From Octopus sinensis (Eukaryota), in assembly GCF_006345805.1 (NCBI RefSeq), contig NC_043011.1, positions 17,310,464 through 17,374,463 on the forward strand: a stretch of 64,000 bases of DNA, given 5' to 3'. The notes under the pieces are model-generated. The model had not been told where the DNA came from and ran no database searches. It saw only the letters and a list, made by a program, of their open reading frames with translations. Made by a program: the position numbers and the translations under genes. Positions 11,545-24,150 of this stretch are shown piece after piece; position 1 is the stretch's first letter, and the number at the start of each line of letters is the position of its first letter.

Positions 11545-11708
11545 GAACGTCATTCTTTACATTATTTACATTATTTACATTTGGTGGATATTTGTCCTAA
11601 TCTTGTTTGTTGTTAGCACAACGTTTCGGCTGATATACCCTCCATCCTTCATCAGGTGTCTTGGGGAAATTTTGAACCTGGGTTCTCATTCCTAATGTAT
11701 TTTTCGAT
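11545..11708 (-). mobile_element. PLE-terminus-like short element with a hammerhead-like motif at 11615-11660
   Basis: Minus strand GACAC-CUGAUGA-A-GGAUG...CAGCC-GAAA-CG-UU-GUGCU followed by a TGTAAATAATGTAAATAAT tail. Same family as 33390-33540 and 54861-55072. Confidence 0.7.
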
Positions 11709-11847
11709 CTTCTTCTTCTTCTTCTTCTTCTTTTTCTTCTTCTTCTTCTTCTTCTTCTTCTTCTTCTTCTTCTTCTTCTTCTTCTTCTTCTCCTTCTTCT
11801 TCTTCTTCTTCTTCTTCTTCTTCTTCTTCTTCTTCTTCTTCTTCTTC
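11709..11847. repeat. (TTC)n microsatellite
   Basis: Long TTC run that produces the poly-E, poly-K, poly-R and poly-F ORF artefacts. Confidence 0.98.
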
Positions 11848-12364
11848 CCCATAAACAAATAATCCCGTACATAAGATAGTTAAATTGCAAATATCTGCCA
11901 CGTAAACAATCGTGAATATTTCACGGAATTTGCACTTATGTGCATGCGTTAAGTGACAGGAGATATGAACAACTTAGTTCAATTAAAAAATATATACACT
12001 TTTCACTAACCAATCACCACCGCCATCACATCCGCCACCACCTCGATCTCCGTCTCCATCATCATCGTCTCTCTCCTCTCTTTCTCTCTCCTCTCTTTCT
12101 CTCTTCTCTCTTTCCCTCCCCTCTCTCTGCCTTTCTTTTGCCTCACAATCAGAACATCACCCCTATGCTAAAATTATATTTTTACTCTCCTCCTGTGTTT
12201 TTGCTACCTTGGACTAACTTTTATGACCACGTAATAAATATTACGTTCCACCTACCTTACGTTGTGGCCGCTTGCCTCCCTCTCTCCCTCTCTTTCTTTA
12301 ACCCTTTTTCTGTCTTACTCTTCACCCTATCCTCTTTTTCTCTTTCTCCTCTCTTTCCCTTCAA

Positions 12365-12478
12365 TTGGTCGGCCCGAGGCTATAGTAGAAGACACTTGCC
12401 CAAGGTACCACGCATAGGGACTGAATCCGGAACCATTTGGTTCGTAAGCAAGCTACTTACCACACAGCCACTCCTACC
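12365..12478 (-). mobile_element. SINE family A, 5' part
   Basis: GGTCGGCCCGAGGCTATAGTAGAAGACACTTGCCCAAGG...ACCACACAGCCACTCCT. Confidence 0.85.
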
Positions 12479-12810
12479 ATTGGGATTTTTTTTTTACTTT
12501 TAATCTGTAACGTTTTATTTTTAAGTCTCTCTCTGATATATATTGGTGAGTTAATCATTAAGTAGCCATAAGACTTTCTTTCCGGAGTACCCGGTGTCAT
12601 TTAACAACTAACCATTCACACGGTTGTTCTAGTCTGATGAAGCGCCACTCATGCATACTCAACCGTGTCTAAATTTACACAGATATTGTGTATTTTGTCA
12701 TGCACAATCATTTATATGTAACTTGATTCGAAAGGAAATCGTACTGAAACAGTTGTAACCAGTATTAAACTTGATTTGCATCGATTCTTTGTCTCCTTCC
12801 TTCATACACA

Positions 12811-12857
<47 letters not shown>

Positions 12858-12927
12858 AGGTACGTGCGCGCGCATGCATCACGCACACATATACGCATCT
12901 CTCTTTGACACGCACACACTCTCTCCC

Positions 12928-12958
<31 letters not shown>

Positions 12959-12988
12959 AATATTACACACACACACACACGCACACAC

Positions 12989-13054
<66 letters not shown>

Positions 13055-13277
13055 GTATATATATATAAAATATATATATATATGTATATATATATGTAAT
13101 GTATATATATATGTATATGTATATCTATATATATGTATATATATATATGTATATATATATGTATATGTATATATATATATACATGTATATATATTTGTGT
13201 GTATATATATATATGTATATATATGTATGTATATATATATGTATATATGTATATATATATATATATGTATATGTATA

Positions 13278-13318
<41 letters not shown>

Positions 13319-14129
13319 TGTATATATATATGTATATAGTGCATAGAAATTGTGTTGAGCGTAAAATTAGGTATTAGTTTGTGTGTAAACATAGATCCAT
13401 TGTGTTGTAAAATACTCTAATGCAAAAATAATGTCCCGTCTACAATAATATCTCTTAATGACAGAAATATTTCCTGAACGCATAACATTAGTATTCTATA
13501 TAAATAGATCCTATTTATATAAAAGCAATAAATCATGTATATATCATTTGCATTTGAATGAAATGATTCCTCTATATATAATATTCGTAATTGATAGAAA
13601 TAGTTCCTGCATATATATTTTCATTACATAGGAATATTTCGTCTCTGCTAGTGTTCGTATTTGGTAGAAAAACGATCCAATGTGCTTAATATTTATACTT
13701 GTACGATGCAAATTCTGTTCTTAAATTTCTCTACTGTGTATAGTTTAATTCTATATACATGTAGATTGTGCCCGTTAGCAAGAAGAAAGTCGATCGAATT
13801 TCATTTACTCTGTTTTTTTTTTTACTCTTACTTGTTTCAGTGGTTTGACTGCGGCCATGCTGGAGCACCGCCTTTTAGTCGAGCAAATTCTCTGTGTGCG
13901 CACGCACATACACACACATTGACATTTAGACATACTCTACGCGTACGTGTACGATCGTGTGCATGAGTGTGTGTATATATGTATACATATATATATACAT
14001 TTTTGTGTAAATATATATGTATAACTATATATATATATATATATATATACTATATGCATATATTATACACACACACATATATATATTCTATATACATGTA
14101 GTTTGTGCCGGTAGCTACAAGAAAGTCGA

Positions 14130-14392
14130 TCAAGTTTCACTTACTCTTTTCTTTTACTCTTTTACTTGTTTCAGTGATTTGACTGCGGCCATGCTGGGGA
14201 CACACACACACACATACATACATATATATATGACGGGCTTCTTTCAGTTTCCGTCTACCAAATCCACTCACAAGGCCTTGGTTGGCCCGAGGCTTCAGCA
14301 GAAGACACCTGCCCAAGGTGCCACGCAGTGGGAATGAACCCGGAAGCATGTTGTTGGTAAGGAAGCTACTTACCACACAGCCACTCCTGCGC
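14130..14392 (-). mobile_element. SINE family A with internal deletion
   Basis: Tail TTTTACTCTTTTACTTGTTTCAG joined to the head half ending CAGCCACTCCTGCGCC. Confidence 0.85.
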
Positions 14393-14479
14393 CTGGTTAC
14401 AAGTCTGTTATAGCTCCTCTGTACGCATGACTGGTGGTGTTTATTCCGAAACTCAGTTTAAGTCTGTAAGAGTTATTAT

Positions 14480-14800
14480 TGTTACAGTTATTTTTTGTGT
14501 GCATGAATTTATATGTTGACATAGTTCAAAAGTTGGAGATAATGTTTATAGAATTGTATTGTAATCGTTTTGTGTTTTTGGTGTGTTTGGTTGGTGATGA
14601 TGGAAGGTGTTCATGCATCAAAGCGTTAGTGATGATTGTGCATATAGAACAGATAGTGTGACGGTTGGAGTTTGATGTGGCGAGAAATCTTTGCCGTTAT
14701 ATCATCTGGAGATCTTCACTTTTGTGTGTTTTAGTTTAGTTGTGGAGCCTATAAATGTGGCCATTTTATAGCTTTGATAGACGTAAAGATGCATTGCTTA
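14480..14800 (-). pseudogene. Possible degenerate PLE GIY-YIG endonuclease fragment
   Basis: A hand translation near 14710-14790 gives YVYQSYKMATFIGSTTKLKHTKVK, which resembles the VVY...YIG.T GIY-YIG pattern. Confidence 0.4.
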
Positions 14801-14864
14801 TGTAGCATTCCGTTCTGGTGGCGAGATTTGGAATCTAGACAGGACTAGCATAATTAATATTGAT

Positions 14865-15757
14865 TAATATCAACACCGAAAGGATGAAAGGTAAAGTTGA
14901 CCTCGGCAGAATTGGAAATCAGAACCTGACGCTAAGCTAGCATAATTAATATTGGTTTCGAATTTTGGCACAAGGTCAGCAGCTTCGGGGAGGAATAAAG
15001 TCGATTACATCGATCCCAGTGCTCGGTCCCGAAAGTATAATAAGCACAGTCGACCGAGGCGGAACTTGAACTCAGAACGTAAATTGTTTCTTCAATATTG
15101 TTTTTTTTTTCTGATAGTTAAATGTGGTGTACAGTTTTTTCTTTCTTTAGGTCCTTTACCTATGTTTCGTATATTCTTTTATACTCAAGGCATAAGGCCC
15201 GAAATTTTGGTGGAGGGGCCAATCCATTAGATCGATCTCAGTGCGCAACTGGTACTTAATTTATCGATCTCCGAAAGGTTGAAAGGCAAAATCGACTTCG
15301 GCGGAATTTGAACTCAGAACATAAAGACAGATGAAATACCTATTTCTTTACTACCCACAAGGGATTACACACAGAGGGGATAAACGGATTAAGTCGACTA
15401 CATCGACCCCAGTGCGTAACTGGTACTTAATTTATCGACCCCGAAAGGATGAAAGGCAAAGTTGACCTCAGCGGAATTTGAACTCAGAACGTAACGGCAG
15501 ACGAAATACGGCTGAGCATTTCGCCCGGCGTGCTAACGTTTCTTACTTCTGTATTGCCCACAAATGGCTAAACATAGAGGGGACAAACAAGGACAGACAA
15601 AGGGATTAAGTCGATTACATCGACCCTGTACGTAGCTGGTACTTAATTTATCGACCCCGAAAGGATGAAAGGCAAAGTCGACCTCGGTGGAATTTGAACT
15701 CAGAACGTAGCGGCAGACGAAATACGTGCTAACGTTTCTGCCAGTTCGCCGCCTTAC
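14865..15757 (-). mobile_element. SINE family B array, multiple reiterated modules
   Basis: AAAGGCAAAGTYGACCTCGGCGGAATTTGAACTCAGAAC repeated about five times. The head AAGGCGGCGAACTGGCAG is at about 15757. Confidence 0.85.
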
Positions 15758-16400
15758 CTTTGTTTTGAATATTGTAAGAATGTTATATATAATTCCTAAC
15801 ATGTTGTCACTCGGTTGGAGGTGATAATTTGTGAAATTTGATGTTCCTTTGTGTTCTTAGGAAGATTGGAGATAGTTGGTTTAGCAAATGTTAATTCGTG
15901 TCTTTTGTTTTGAAGTCATGTTTCTAAGAGATTCATGTAGCATTGAAATTATTCTGCATGCATCTATGAAGAATATAAACCCCCACGCATTGCTACAAAT
16001 AGCGACCGAATTTATTTCCAATTAAATTATATCCTACCATCTTAAAAAAATGATGAATATACTGGAAAATCGATTCTTAGGCGTAATACGCGACAGGAAT
16101 AAAACGATATAGTCACAATTAGGAACAGCGGTTTCCTAAAAGTAGACAAACCATACTTCATATGTGGAGAAACCTGAGAATGGTGACACTACGAAAGAGA
16201 CACGGAGAAAAAAGTTACTTTTTGAAGTATTGCGCATCATATTTTTTAGTAACAAATGCTTGTACTATACGAGTGTCAGTCTCCTAATTGTTTGAAACCT
16301 TTAAACTGACAGCAGTGAAAGGAGTAGGCGAGGTAGCTAGAAACTACAAAGTCCGTATCTCTCATTTATACGCATATATATATATATAATATATATATAT

Positions 16401-16431
<31 letters not shown>

Positions 16432-16640
16432 CTTTATTTAAAGCAGCAGAAAATTCAACAAAACCTGTTACTGTGAGTTTCCCGTTGGCGTTCATCAAGA
16501 TTCTAGCAAAAACGGTCCGATGAACGGCAACGGGAAACTCAGAGTAACAGGTTTTGTTGAATTTTCTGCTGCTTTAAATAAAGCATATTACTCTACCACT
16601 GGTATTTGAGTACTCTTCTTTCCACCTTGTTTCACATTTA
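16432..16640. repeat. Head-to-head inverted pair (65-bp arms) of a probable PLE-terminal sequence in (TA)n, with a degenerate hammerhead-like motif at 16513-16550
   Basis: 16432-16496 is the reverse complement of 16519-16583. The right arm continues past AATAAA to (TA)n. Motif: CCGAUGA-A-...-GAAA-CUC-A-GAG-UA-ACAG. Confidence 0.8.
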
Positions 16641-16657
16641 TGTGTTTACTCCGATAT

Positions 16658-16691
<34 letters not shown>

Positions 16692-16693
16692 CA

Positions 16694-16982
16694 TTATAAT
16701 TAGGGTTCAGCAAAGATTTGCTTCACCACATACCGAAGTTTAGAAATAGCAGTCAAAAAATCTTAGCTATTCCTTCTACTTTATGCCGATCTAATTCCGG
16801 AAACGCACGTACGTGGGTAACCTAATATCGATTGATTTTCGTTATTTTTCCCTTTTGCATGGGTGGATTGTTTTCAAGTACTTTAGTTTTTCTAAAGTAG
16901 AAGGAATAGCTAAGATTTTTTGACTGCTATTTCTAAACTTCGGTATGTGGTGAAGCAAATCTTTGCTGAACCCTAATTATAA
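16694..16982. repeat. Fold-back element with perfect 90-bp inverted arms and an approximately 109-bp spacer
   Basis: 16694-16783 is the exact reverse complement of 16893-16982. (TA)n lies to the left. Confidence 0.92.
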
Positions 16983-17080
16983 AGTATTACTTAAGCTTAC
17001 CATGAAATGGTCTTTTTCATGCCGAATTCTACTTGGTGAAATTACTGATTACTTTTTAATTAATTAATTTTACCCTTTGT

Positions 17081-17147
<67 letters not shown>

Positions 17148-17164
17148 TGTATATATGTATGTAT

Positions 17165-17366
17165 ATGACGCCATGATAGACCGTTAGCCACTACACACAT
17201 TTTTTCTCTCCTTGCTTCTCTCCTTGATTTTTCTGTGTACCTTTCTATAGAAGAGCGTAGGCTCGAAAAGTAAAAGACTTTTTCTATTCCTGAGCGTTAT
17301 ACTATTACATCTGTTTGCTTTGTACACCAGCTGTCTTCGTCTTTTGTTTTTTTCGTAAACTCACCC
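17165..17366 (+). mobile_element. PLE-terminus-like short element, same family as 30768-30968
   Basis: GACGCCATGATAGACCGTTAGCCACTACACACA...AGAAGAGCGTAGGCTCGAAA... is the reverse complement of the 30768-30968 copy. Both are flanked by (TA)n. Confidence 0.75.
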
Positions 17367-17373
17367 TATATAT

Positions 17374-17542
17374 ATATTGTTATATTTCGGAATTATCATT
17401 TTGCCAGTTTAGCCAATAAAAACACACGCACTATATATTTGCTGTTATTTTGTAACACTGAAGCAAAATAACACCAAATATATAGTGCGTGTGTTTTTAT
17501 TGGCTATACTGGCAAAATGACTATTCCGAAATATAACAATAT
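17374..17542. repeat. Hairpin element with about 79-bp arms and an 11-nt loop
   Basis: ATATTGTTATATTTCGGAA...GTTATTTTG versus CAAAATAAC...TTCCGAAATATAACAATAT. Confidence 0.9.
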
Positions 17543-17639
17543 CTGTTTCAACACACGACTTCACATAAAAAATCTACAAATATATAAACGTATGTATATA
17601 TAGTTATACCTACATATATATATATATAGTTATACATAT

Positions 17640-17671
<32 letters not shown>

Positions 17672-17678
17672 GTTATAC

Positions 17679-17751
<73 letters not shown>

Positions 17752-17852
17752 CAATAATAATTCTCTAAATGAGATATAGACAGTGACTGCTCCGTAATAT
17801 AAGGGATATTAGCCAACCGAATATGGCTAGGGACAGGGCAGGGTGGTGGGGG

Positions 17853-17911
<59 letters not shown>

Positions 17912-19020
17912 CACAAACATATGTATTATATGTATATGTATATATGTATGAATAAATATATACACACCCTCATTCACACGATCGTGCACTTACATATAGA
18001 ATATGTCTAAATGTCAATGTGTGTGCATGTGCGTGCGCACAGAGAATTCGCAAAATTATCAAAACATCGTCTGCTTTAGAGACACAGGCCAGGTATTATG
18101 GCGTTTATAATAGGATTAGCTGAAAGTAATATAATATTTTACTTAAATAGGTTGTTGTTTAGTGTATAGTATACATCTTTTGAGTTAAAACTTTGTCACG
18201 ACTTAAGAAACAAGAAAAGAATACAACTGGTGTGGCAATGGATTTAATTGTTATGTATGATAATTCCGTATACTCTTTGAGTAAGAACAACAGCAGAATT
18301 TACAGGCGCAAAATTTGTTATGTCTGCGAAATATATATTTTTGACAGAAGATAGCATCAGTGCTAGAAATATAATCGATTACAGTAATAAAATGTAGTTT
18401 TATTATGAATGTAGTAAATGTTATTGAAACACATGAGGCTCCACCTTTTTGTAAGCTATTTTGATGGAAGAAATCGACATAGAGTAGATGTGAGGTTTAG
18501 ATAATTTTTCATTATAACATGAAAATTTATTAACGTACAATTATCATAGGATTGACAACAAATTATGTAGTAACGAGCTACAAAACTGATTGATAAAAAT
18601 TTATGTAAGGAATTTTCGCATTAACTTCAGAAATCGGAAAGTAGTCATGGTTATGCAGAAAGAAACGAGCTATCGCAGAAAGTGTGCGCCATCAGACTTT
18701 CTTTGATCGGTGCTACATGTAATAAATTGCGATAAAATTTTAAGCATAATATTTACGCAGATATATTAACAAATTTCTTCGGATGAATTCGTGAGAGGGT
18801 ACACCCACACACACCCAAACACACATACACACACGCGCACACACACAGAGCACAGACTCAGATACATACACAACTCTGAGTGTGTGGGTTTGTACATATA
18901 CATAAATGCATCTGTTTGTCTAACTATCTATTTATCTATAAACCCATCAATCCATCTATTCATCCGTACATCCATCCGTCCGTCCGTCCGTCCGTCCTTT
19001 CGTCTGTCTGTCTCTATATG

Positions 19021-19039
<19 letters not shown>

Positions 19040-19065
<26 letters not shown>

Positions 19066-19275
19066 TTGTGTGTCTGTGTTTGTCCCCCAACATCGCTTGA
19101 TAACCGATGCTGGTGTGTTTACGTCCCCGTAACTTAGCGGTTCGGCAAAAAGACCGATAGAATAAGTACTAAGCTTACAAAGAATAAATCCTGGGGTTGA
19201 TTTGCTCGACTTAAAGGCGGTGCTCCAGCATGGCCGCAGTCAAATGACTGAAACAAGTAAAAGAGTAAAAGAGTA
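19040..19275 (+). mobile_element. SINE family A, 3' half
   Basis: (TG)n followed by GATAACCGATGCTGG...GACTGAAACAAGTAAAAGAGTAAAAGAG. Confidence 0.85.
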
Positions 19276-19364
19276 ACAATAATGATAATAATAATCCTTT
19301 CTTCTGTAAGCACGGGGCCTAGAAATTTAAGGGAGGGGCTAGTCGATTACATCTGTGCACAATA

Positions 19365-19570
19365 GGGCGGTGAGCTGGCAGAAACGTTAGCACACCGGGC
19401 GAAATGCTTAGCGGTATTGCGTCTGTCGTTGCGTTCTGAGTTCAAATTCCGCCGAGGTCGACTTTGCCTTTCATCCTTTCGGGGTCGATAAATTAAGTAC
19501 CAACTTAATCCGTTTGTCTGTCTTTGTTTGTCCCCTCTATGTTTAGCCCCTTGTGGGCAATAAACAAACA
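19365..19570 (+). mobile_element. SINE family B
   Basis: GGCGGTGAGCTGGCAGAAACGTTAG head plus the Nin-like core. Confidence 0.85.
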
Positions 19571-19639
19571 GATTACATCTGTGCACAACTAGTACTTAGA
19601 CAAGTCGTCGTGAGGATAGCCGTCAAACATTGAGGGTGA

Positions 19640-20070
19640 ACCCCGTCGAAAAACTTTCGACCGATCTAAATATCAGGACCCTTGTCTATGCCAGGTTCTT
19701 TACCACGCCTGAGGCGAAGGCTGTATTTGGTATAGCACATGTTTGTGTAACATCTACCAGAGTATTTATGACATGCGCCAATCTCTTGCCAAGCATGTTG
19801 GTCATTCGAGAGAAAGCGGGATCCCTAAAGAATGCCCTACCTTTTTGAACAGTATAATTACTTATCTGAATGACATCAACCCTAAAATACCTATCATCCA
19901 CTCTACCCTGCAAGGAAGGTCGGAGCAAGAACATACAAATGTCGCGGCGAGAGCTTTTAGACGATGACTTCGAAACTGCAATCAAATGTCTGGTAACCGT
20001 GTTCTTAAACGGCTGCACTAAAGGACAATTTCAAGAAAATCCACACTACAAGGAACGCCAGATTAAGGGA
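19640..20070 (+). pseudogene. Possible highly degenerate non-LTR RT fragment (R2/NeSL-like)
   Basis: Frame-shifted peptides KNFRPI*ISGPLS...RLRRRL and VFLNGCTKG...HYKERQIKG loosely follow the RT subdomain order. The region is a GC-richer island. Confidence 0.35.
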
Positions 20071-20290
20071 TTTCTCTCATCTCATTTCCTCCAACAAACA
20101 AGGTTGTATCGAGAGAGGAAAATTCAAATACAGATCTACTCTTTTACGTCGTTACATCGTTGTATACGAATGCGTACGAAAGGAAATTCATGGTTTCCAT
20201 CTTATTTACATATTTGTATCTTAAGTTCTCAGGTAATTAATAAAGCACAAAGACAGTGCACCACAACACTTTCAACTCTCATTTTCCGCC

Positions 20291-20332
<42 letters not shown>

Positions 20333-21083
20333 CGTATGTATACACACACGCACAAATGGATCTCTTATTGAATTAGTAAGTGATTTTCCAAACTTTCTTT
20401 ATATATGTATACATTTGACATGATTCTCAAGTACAATCAGTCGATACAGTTTTTTCATTTGCCTAAATACTCTTGCAAGTTATAGATCACCTGGAGGTTA
20501 TATACTGTGACATCTTCCACAGAGGACGTATAGAGGAATCGAAAGCGGAGTCTTTGTGGTTGCAAAACAAACTATTTAACCATTAGGCAGATTTTTATTG
20601 TCTCGTTTTATTTACAAGAAAACTGCAATCAAGTTGCAGATGTTTTCATTCAGCAAACACATTATTATTTAGAGTTTCACTGTATATTTGCGTATCTCTA
20701 TTTTTGTACTCAACATACCAGCATATTGCTATAACTATTATAAAGGTCAGTGAACTTATATAATTATCGTACATTTCTACAATTATGCAATCGTAATATG
20801 ACCAATTACATAAGCATACTAAACGTAAAATTATATTACAACGCTAAATTAAACCAATATCCACACCACTGTTACCTAATTCCATACTAAAACTTTTCTT
20901 CTCACAGTTTCTATCGCTCTGTGTCTCACTTTCTCTGCCACTTTCCTAACCGTAATACAGTAAACACAGAAGTTATAATTTACAAATATCGACACACACA
21001 CGAACATATTTGCACAAACAGCCATCTCTCTCTCTCTCTCTCTTGCTTTCTGTCTGTCTGTTTGTCTATCTATCTATTATCTA

Positions 21084-21959
21084 CGAGGAGCGCTCAAAAG
21101 GTATCCGACTTTATTTTTCCTGCTAAAACTAATGCTGCGTGAGGAAAATCCTTTGGGTTAGAGTTGAAAATTTTCGCGCCGGTAGGTTTTATCAGTTCTC
21201 ATCTGTTATACCTAGAGTAGAGACGTGTAGTGGGCGTCCGTCGGATTTTCGTTTTCAAGCAGGATGACCGAACGCATTCGAGCAGAGATATTGTAACAAG
21301 TTTTACGAAATGCTTGGTTAATTTCACACTCAAAACGTCCAGAGAATTCAGGAGTTCTTTGGTGATGATAGCACGAGCAAAATTCAGATCAAAAAGTGGT
21401 ACAAACACTTCAAACATGGCGAGACTTCAGTGGAGACGTGGCACGCTCAGGTACGCCATCTGTAAGCCGAAACGAAGCGCCAGTTGAGACGGTCCAATGC
21501 ATTTCCATGGAAGACCATCAAGTAACAATCTAGGATATTACTTACGAAGTAGGAATAAGCAGAGAATCTGTGCATTCCATTATAATGGAGGATTTGTGCA
21601 TGTGAAGAGGGTGGGCAAAATTCGATCCCAAGATGATGCCGGAGCAGCATGGAAATCGCTCAGAGCACGCTGGTCTGTGTTATTCCCGAACCAGGCTTCA
21701 TAAAGACCACCATCGTTGGTGATGAAGCATGGGTTTATGGTTTCGGCTTGATGCGTTTGGTCATCGTGCGTGGAAACGAAAATCCGCCGAGCGTGCACCT
21801 CACGTCTCTACTCTAAGCGTACCAAGCGGGAACTGACGCGGCCTACTGTCGCAAAAAACTTCACGCATGCTCAGAAAGGGTGGCCTCAAAGTATTTTACC
21901 CACACGACATTAGTTTCGACGGGAAAAAACAAAGTCCGATATATTTTTAACGCACCTGG
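21084..21959 (+). mobile_element. Defective mariner transposon with an inverted copy of its 5' end as the right arm
   Basis: TA-CGAGGAGCGCTCAAAAGGTATCCGACT and AGTCCGATATATTTTTAACGCACCTGG-TA form TIRs with a TA target duplication. Broken frames give MTERI(E)QRYC, QKWYKHFKHGETSVE...RSG, and IVGDEAWVYG (first catalytic D). Confidence 0.85.
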
Positions 21960-22281
21960 TATCTAACTCTTAATCTAACTGGTTTATTTATAAATATATG
22001 TAGTATTGGACAGTTAAAGTCTATATTCTTAAAATTTGGCTGATATTGATAGGTGAGCGTTTGGCCCAATCAGATACACATACGCACACACACACGCACA
22101 CAAGCACATAATCTTGAACAAAACAATACAATGCATCCACTGGCGTGGGTCGAGTTCAGAAGAGAAGGAGAATAGCTCTGTAAAATGCAAATATGATCAT
22201 TAGGACTCTCAGCTTACAACAAGCATATTGCCTACATCTTTGTAGTGCTCGTTCTCACACCTTCTGAACGGGTCACTACAA

Positions 22282-22437
22282 GACCTAAGTGAGATAGATG
22301 TTCGAACTAGTAAGCTGCTGAGTATAACAGGAAACTTCAACTCGAATGGAGATGTAGACAGGCTATATTTCCCACTCAAGGATGGTGGTCGTGGTCTCAA
22401 ATCTGTATTGATGTCATATGAAACACGTATTGTGACA
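22282..22437 (+). pseudogene. R4/Dong-like LINE fragment (post-RT region)
   Basis: DLSEIDVRTSKLLSITGNFNSNGDVDRLYFPLKDGGRGLKSV, carrying the DVDRLY.PR..GGRGL signature. Confidence 0.8.
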
Positions 22438-22456
22438 AGCGGAAGAGATCAGTAAC

Positions 22457-22665
22457 TACCACGGGTGGCTGAAAAGGTGTTGGCTTTGTGTTAAAGAGAA
22501 TACAGAAGGATCAGTTAATTATGGTTTTATTCAACATTTTCCTCTCTCTGACTGCAGCGGTCCTTCGGTTTTTCTAAGCCACATAAAAGAATTCGGAAGG
22601 TCGGGCCATCAACCAAGCCTTTCGCAATGCTCTTAAAGCCAGGAACTTTTCAGCACCCCTTTATA
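22457..22665. mobile_element. Mariner-type MITE, about 200 bp
   Basis: Left end GGGTGGCTGAAAAGGTGTTGGCTTT versus right end AAAGCCAGGAACTTTTCAGCACCCC (imperfect TIRs). Confidence 0.6.
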
Positions 22666-22814
22666 TGTTGCCCAAGTTTGCGCCCATGAAACCAATAACA
22701 TAATTAGGCTAGGTAATGAATTTAAGGACAGGTATGAAATAACAGCTAATATTGAATTCTCCTCAAGGAGCATCGGGAAAATGTATTTAACAGAAGAACA
22801 AAATTCATATAGGG

Positions 22815-23025
22815 CACGGAAAAAACACGAAATACCTAAGCTCCACGCGGCTCCGGCAGAAGGTAATGGCGAACTTTCTGCTGACTCTTTCGCCACAACT
22901 TTCTCTCACTCTTTCCTGCTGCGTCTTGCAGCTCACCTGCGACGGACCGGCGTCCCGTCCAGATGGGGAACCTATACGCCAAATAAACCGGGAAACCGGC
23001 CCTTATGAGCCAGGCATGGCTCAAG
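22815..23025 (+). mobile_element. SINE fragment, chimeric between families C and D
   Basis: AAGCTCCACGCGGCTCCGGCAG...CACAACTTTCTCTCACTC is shared with 54380-54450. CTGCGACGGACCGGCGTCCCGTCCAG is shared with 51400. Confidence 0.7.
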
Positions 23026-23299
23026 AAGGAACCCTGTGGTTGGTAAGCAAGCTACTTACCACAACAGCCACTCCAACGTTTTTTATTATATGGTGTTAGC
23101 AGTGCTATTAATCATTTGCTAAGGTTATCTCTAACAGTTTTTCTGTAGAAATTATAACCAACACTGATTTGGTTACAACGTTTCGTATCCGAGATGCCAG
23201 ATGTAAACAAACAATAAGATCGAAGACGAAAAATAGGTAATGGTCGTATAGGACAGATTTCTGTTTTTGCTCCTTCATTAGCACCCATCCAATTCATTA

Positions 23300-24150
23300 A
23301 TCATCCACGAAGTCATTGCTTAAATAACCACTAAATATAGCGGTGTAACATTATTGAATGTACCAGTTTTACATATTAAATACATTCCTGGAAGATGGAA
23401 CATATTGTTTTTATACTTTTCCACCGTACTGTAGTATGCCTAGATACTTGTATCTATTGTTTCTAGGTTCTAAAATCCATACTTTCGGCAAGTTTAATTC
23501 TACTATAATGAATTCTTTTTACCCTCTGTTCATGGTTGAAGACGCACATTTTGATATGCCAATCTCCATTCTAATATCCTTGAAGCAAATTTATGCCGTG
23601 TATGAAACAAATAAATTGATGTCGTCTATGAAAGATGTATGACTTAAAGGTGTATTTCTTCCTAGTTTGTAGTTTTTGCTGACATCTCTAAATGTTAGTG
23701 AGACGAATTTGAGCACGATGACAAATATAGGTAAGAAAGGGTAATTCAAAAAGATATTTCTTATATTGGCTAAACATTCCAGTGAGTTCATGCTCACCAC
23801 TATGTTCGTTTAACAGTGTATCATAGTAGCACTGAGAATGTTAATGATAGCTGATGTTTTTCGGGAAAAAAGTTGGCATTTAATAACTTCCAAGACAGAA
23901 GGCAGTAGCTGATTAGTCGATACTTTCCTCCTGTTTTCCCCTTCATTGTATCTTTCGTTGCCAAAGTCGTTCTTCCCTCTGTTATTCACTTCAGTACATT
24001 TCATTGTGTCAAACATTCGTTGAGATGATTCTTGATTTGGCTGTGTAATAATTTCATATGCTTTATCTAAAAATTTTGGATCATCTCTGGTTATGGGGAT
24101 TTTCAATTTGGTAGAATCTTTATAAGCTGCTGAACATTGTCCCTAGTTGT
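23300..24150 (-). pseudogene. Degenerate R4/Dong-like RT, possibly extending to about 25500
   Basis: SHTSFIDDINLF (YMDD box), KDIRMEIGISKCASSTMNRG and RYKYLGIL occur in the expected order. Confidence 0.7.

Noticed and set aside
12615-12670. CTGATGA within an 8-bp terminal stem (CACGGTTG/CAACCGTG)
   Set aside because: No GAAA for a hammerhead and no proper C/D box pair for a snoRNA.
14865-15757. Regularly spaced repeats resembling a CRISPR array
   Set aside because: The modules are approximately 170-bp SINE segments with non-unique intervening sequence, there are no cas genes, and the context is eukaryotic.
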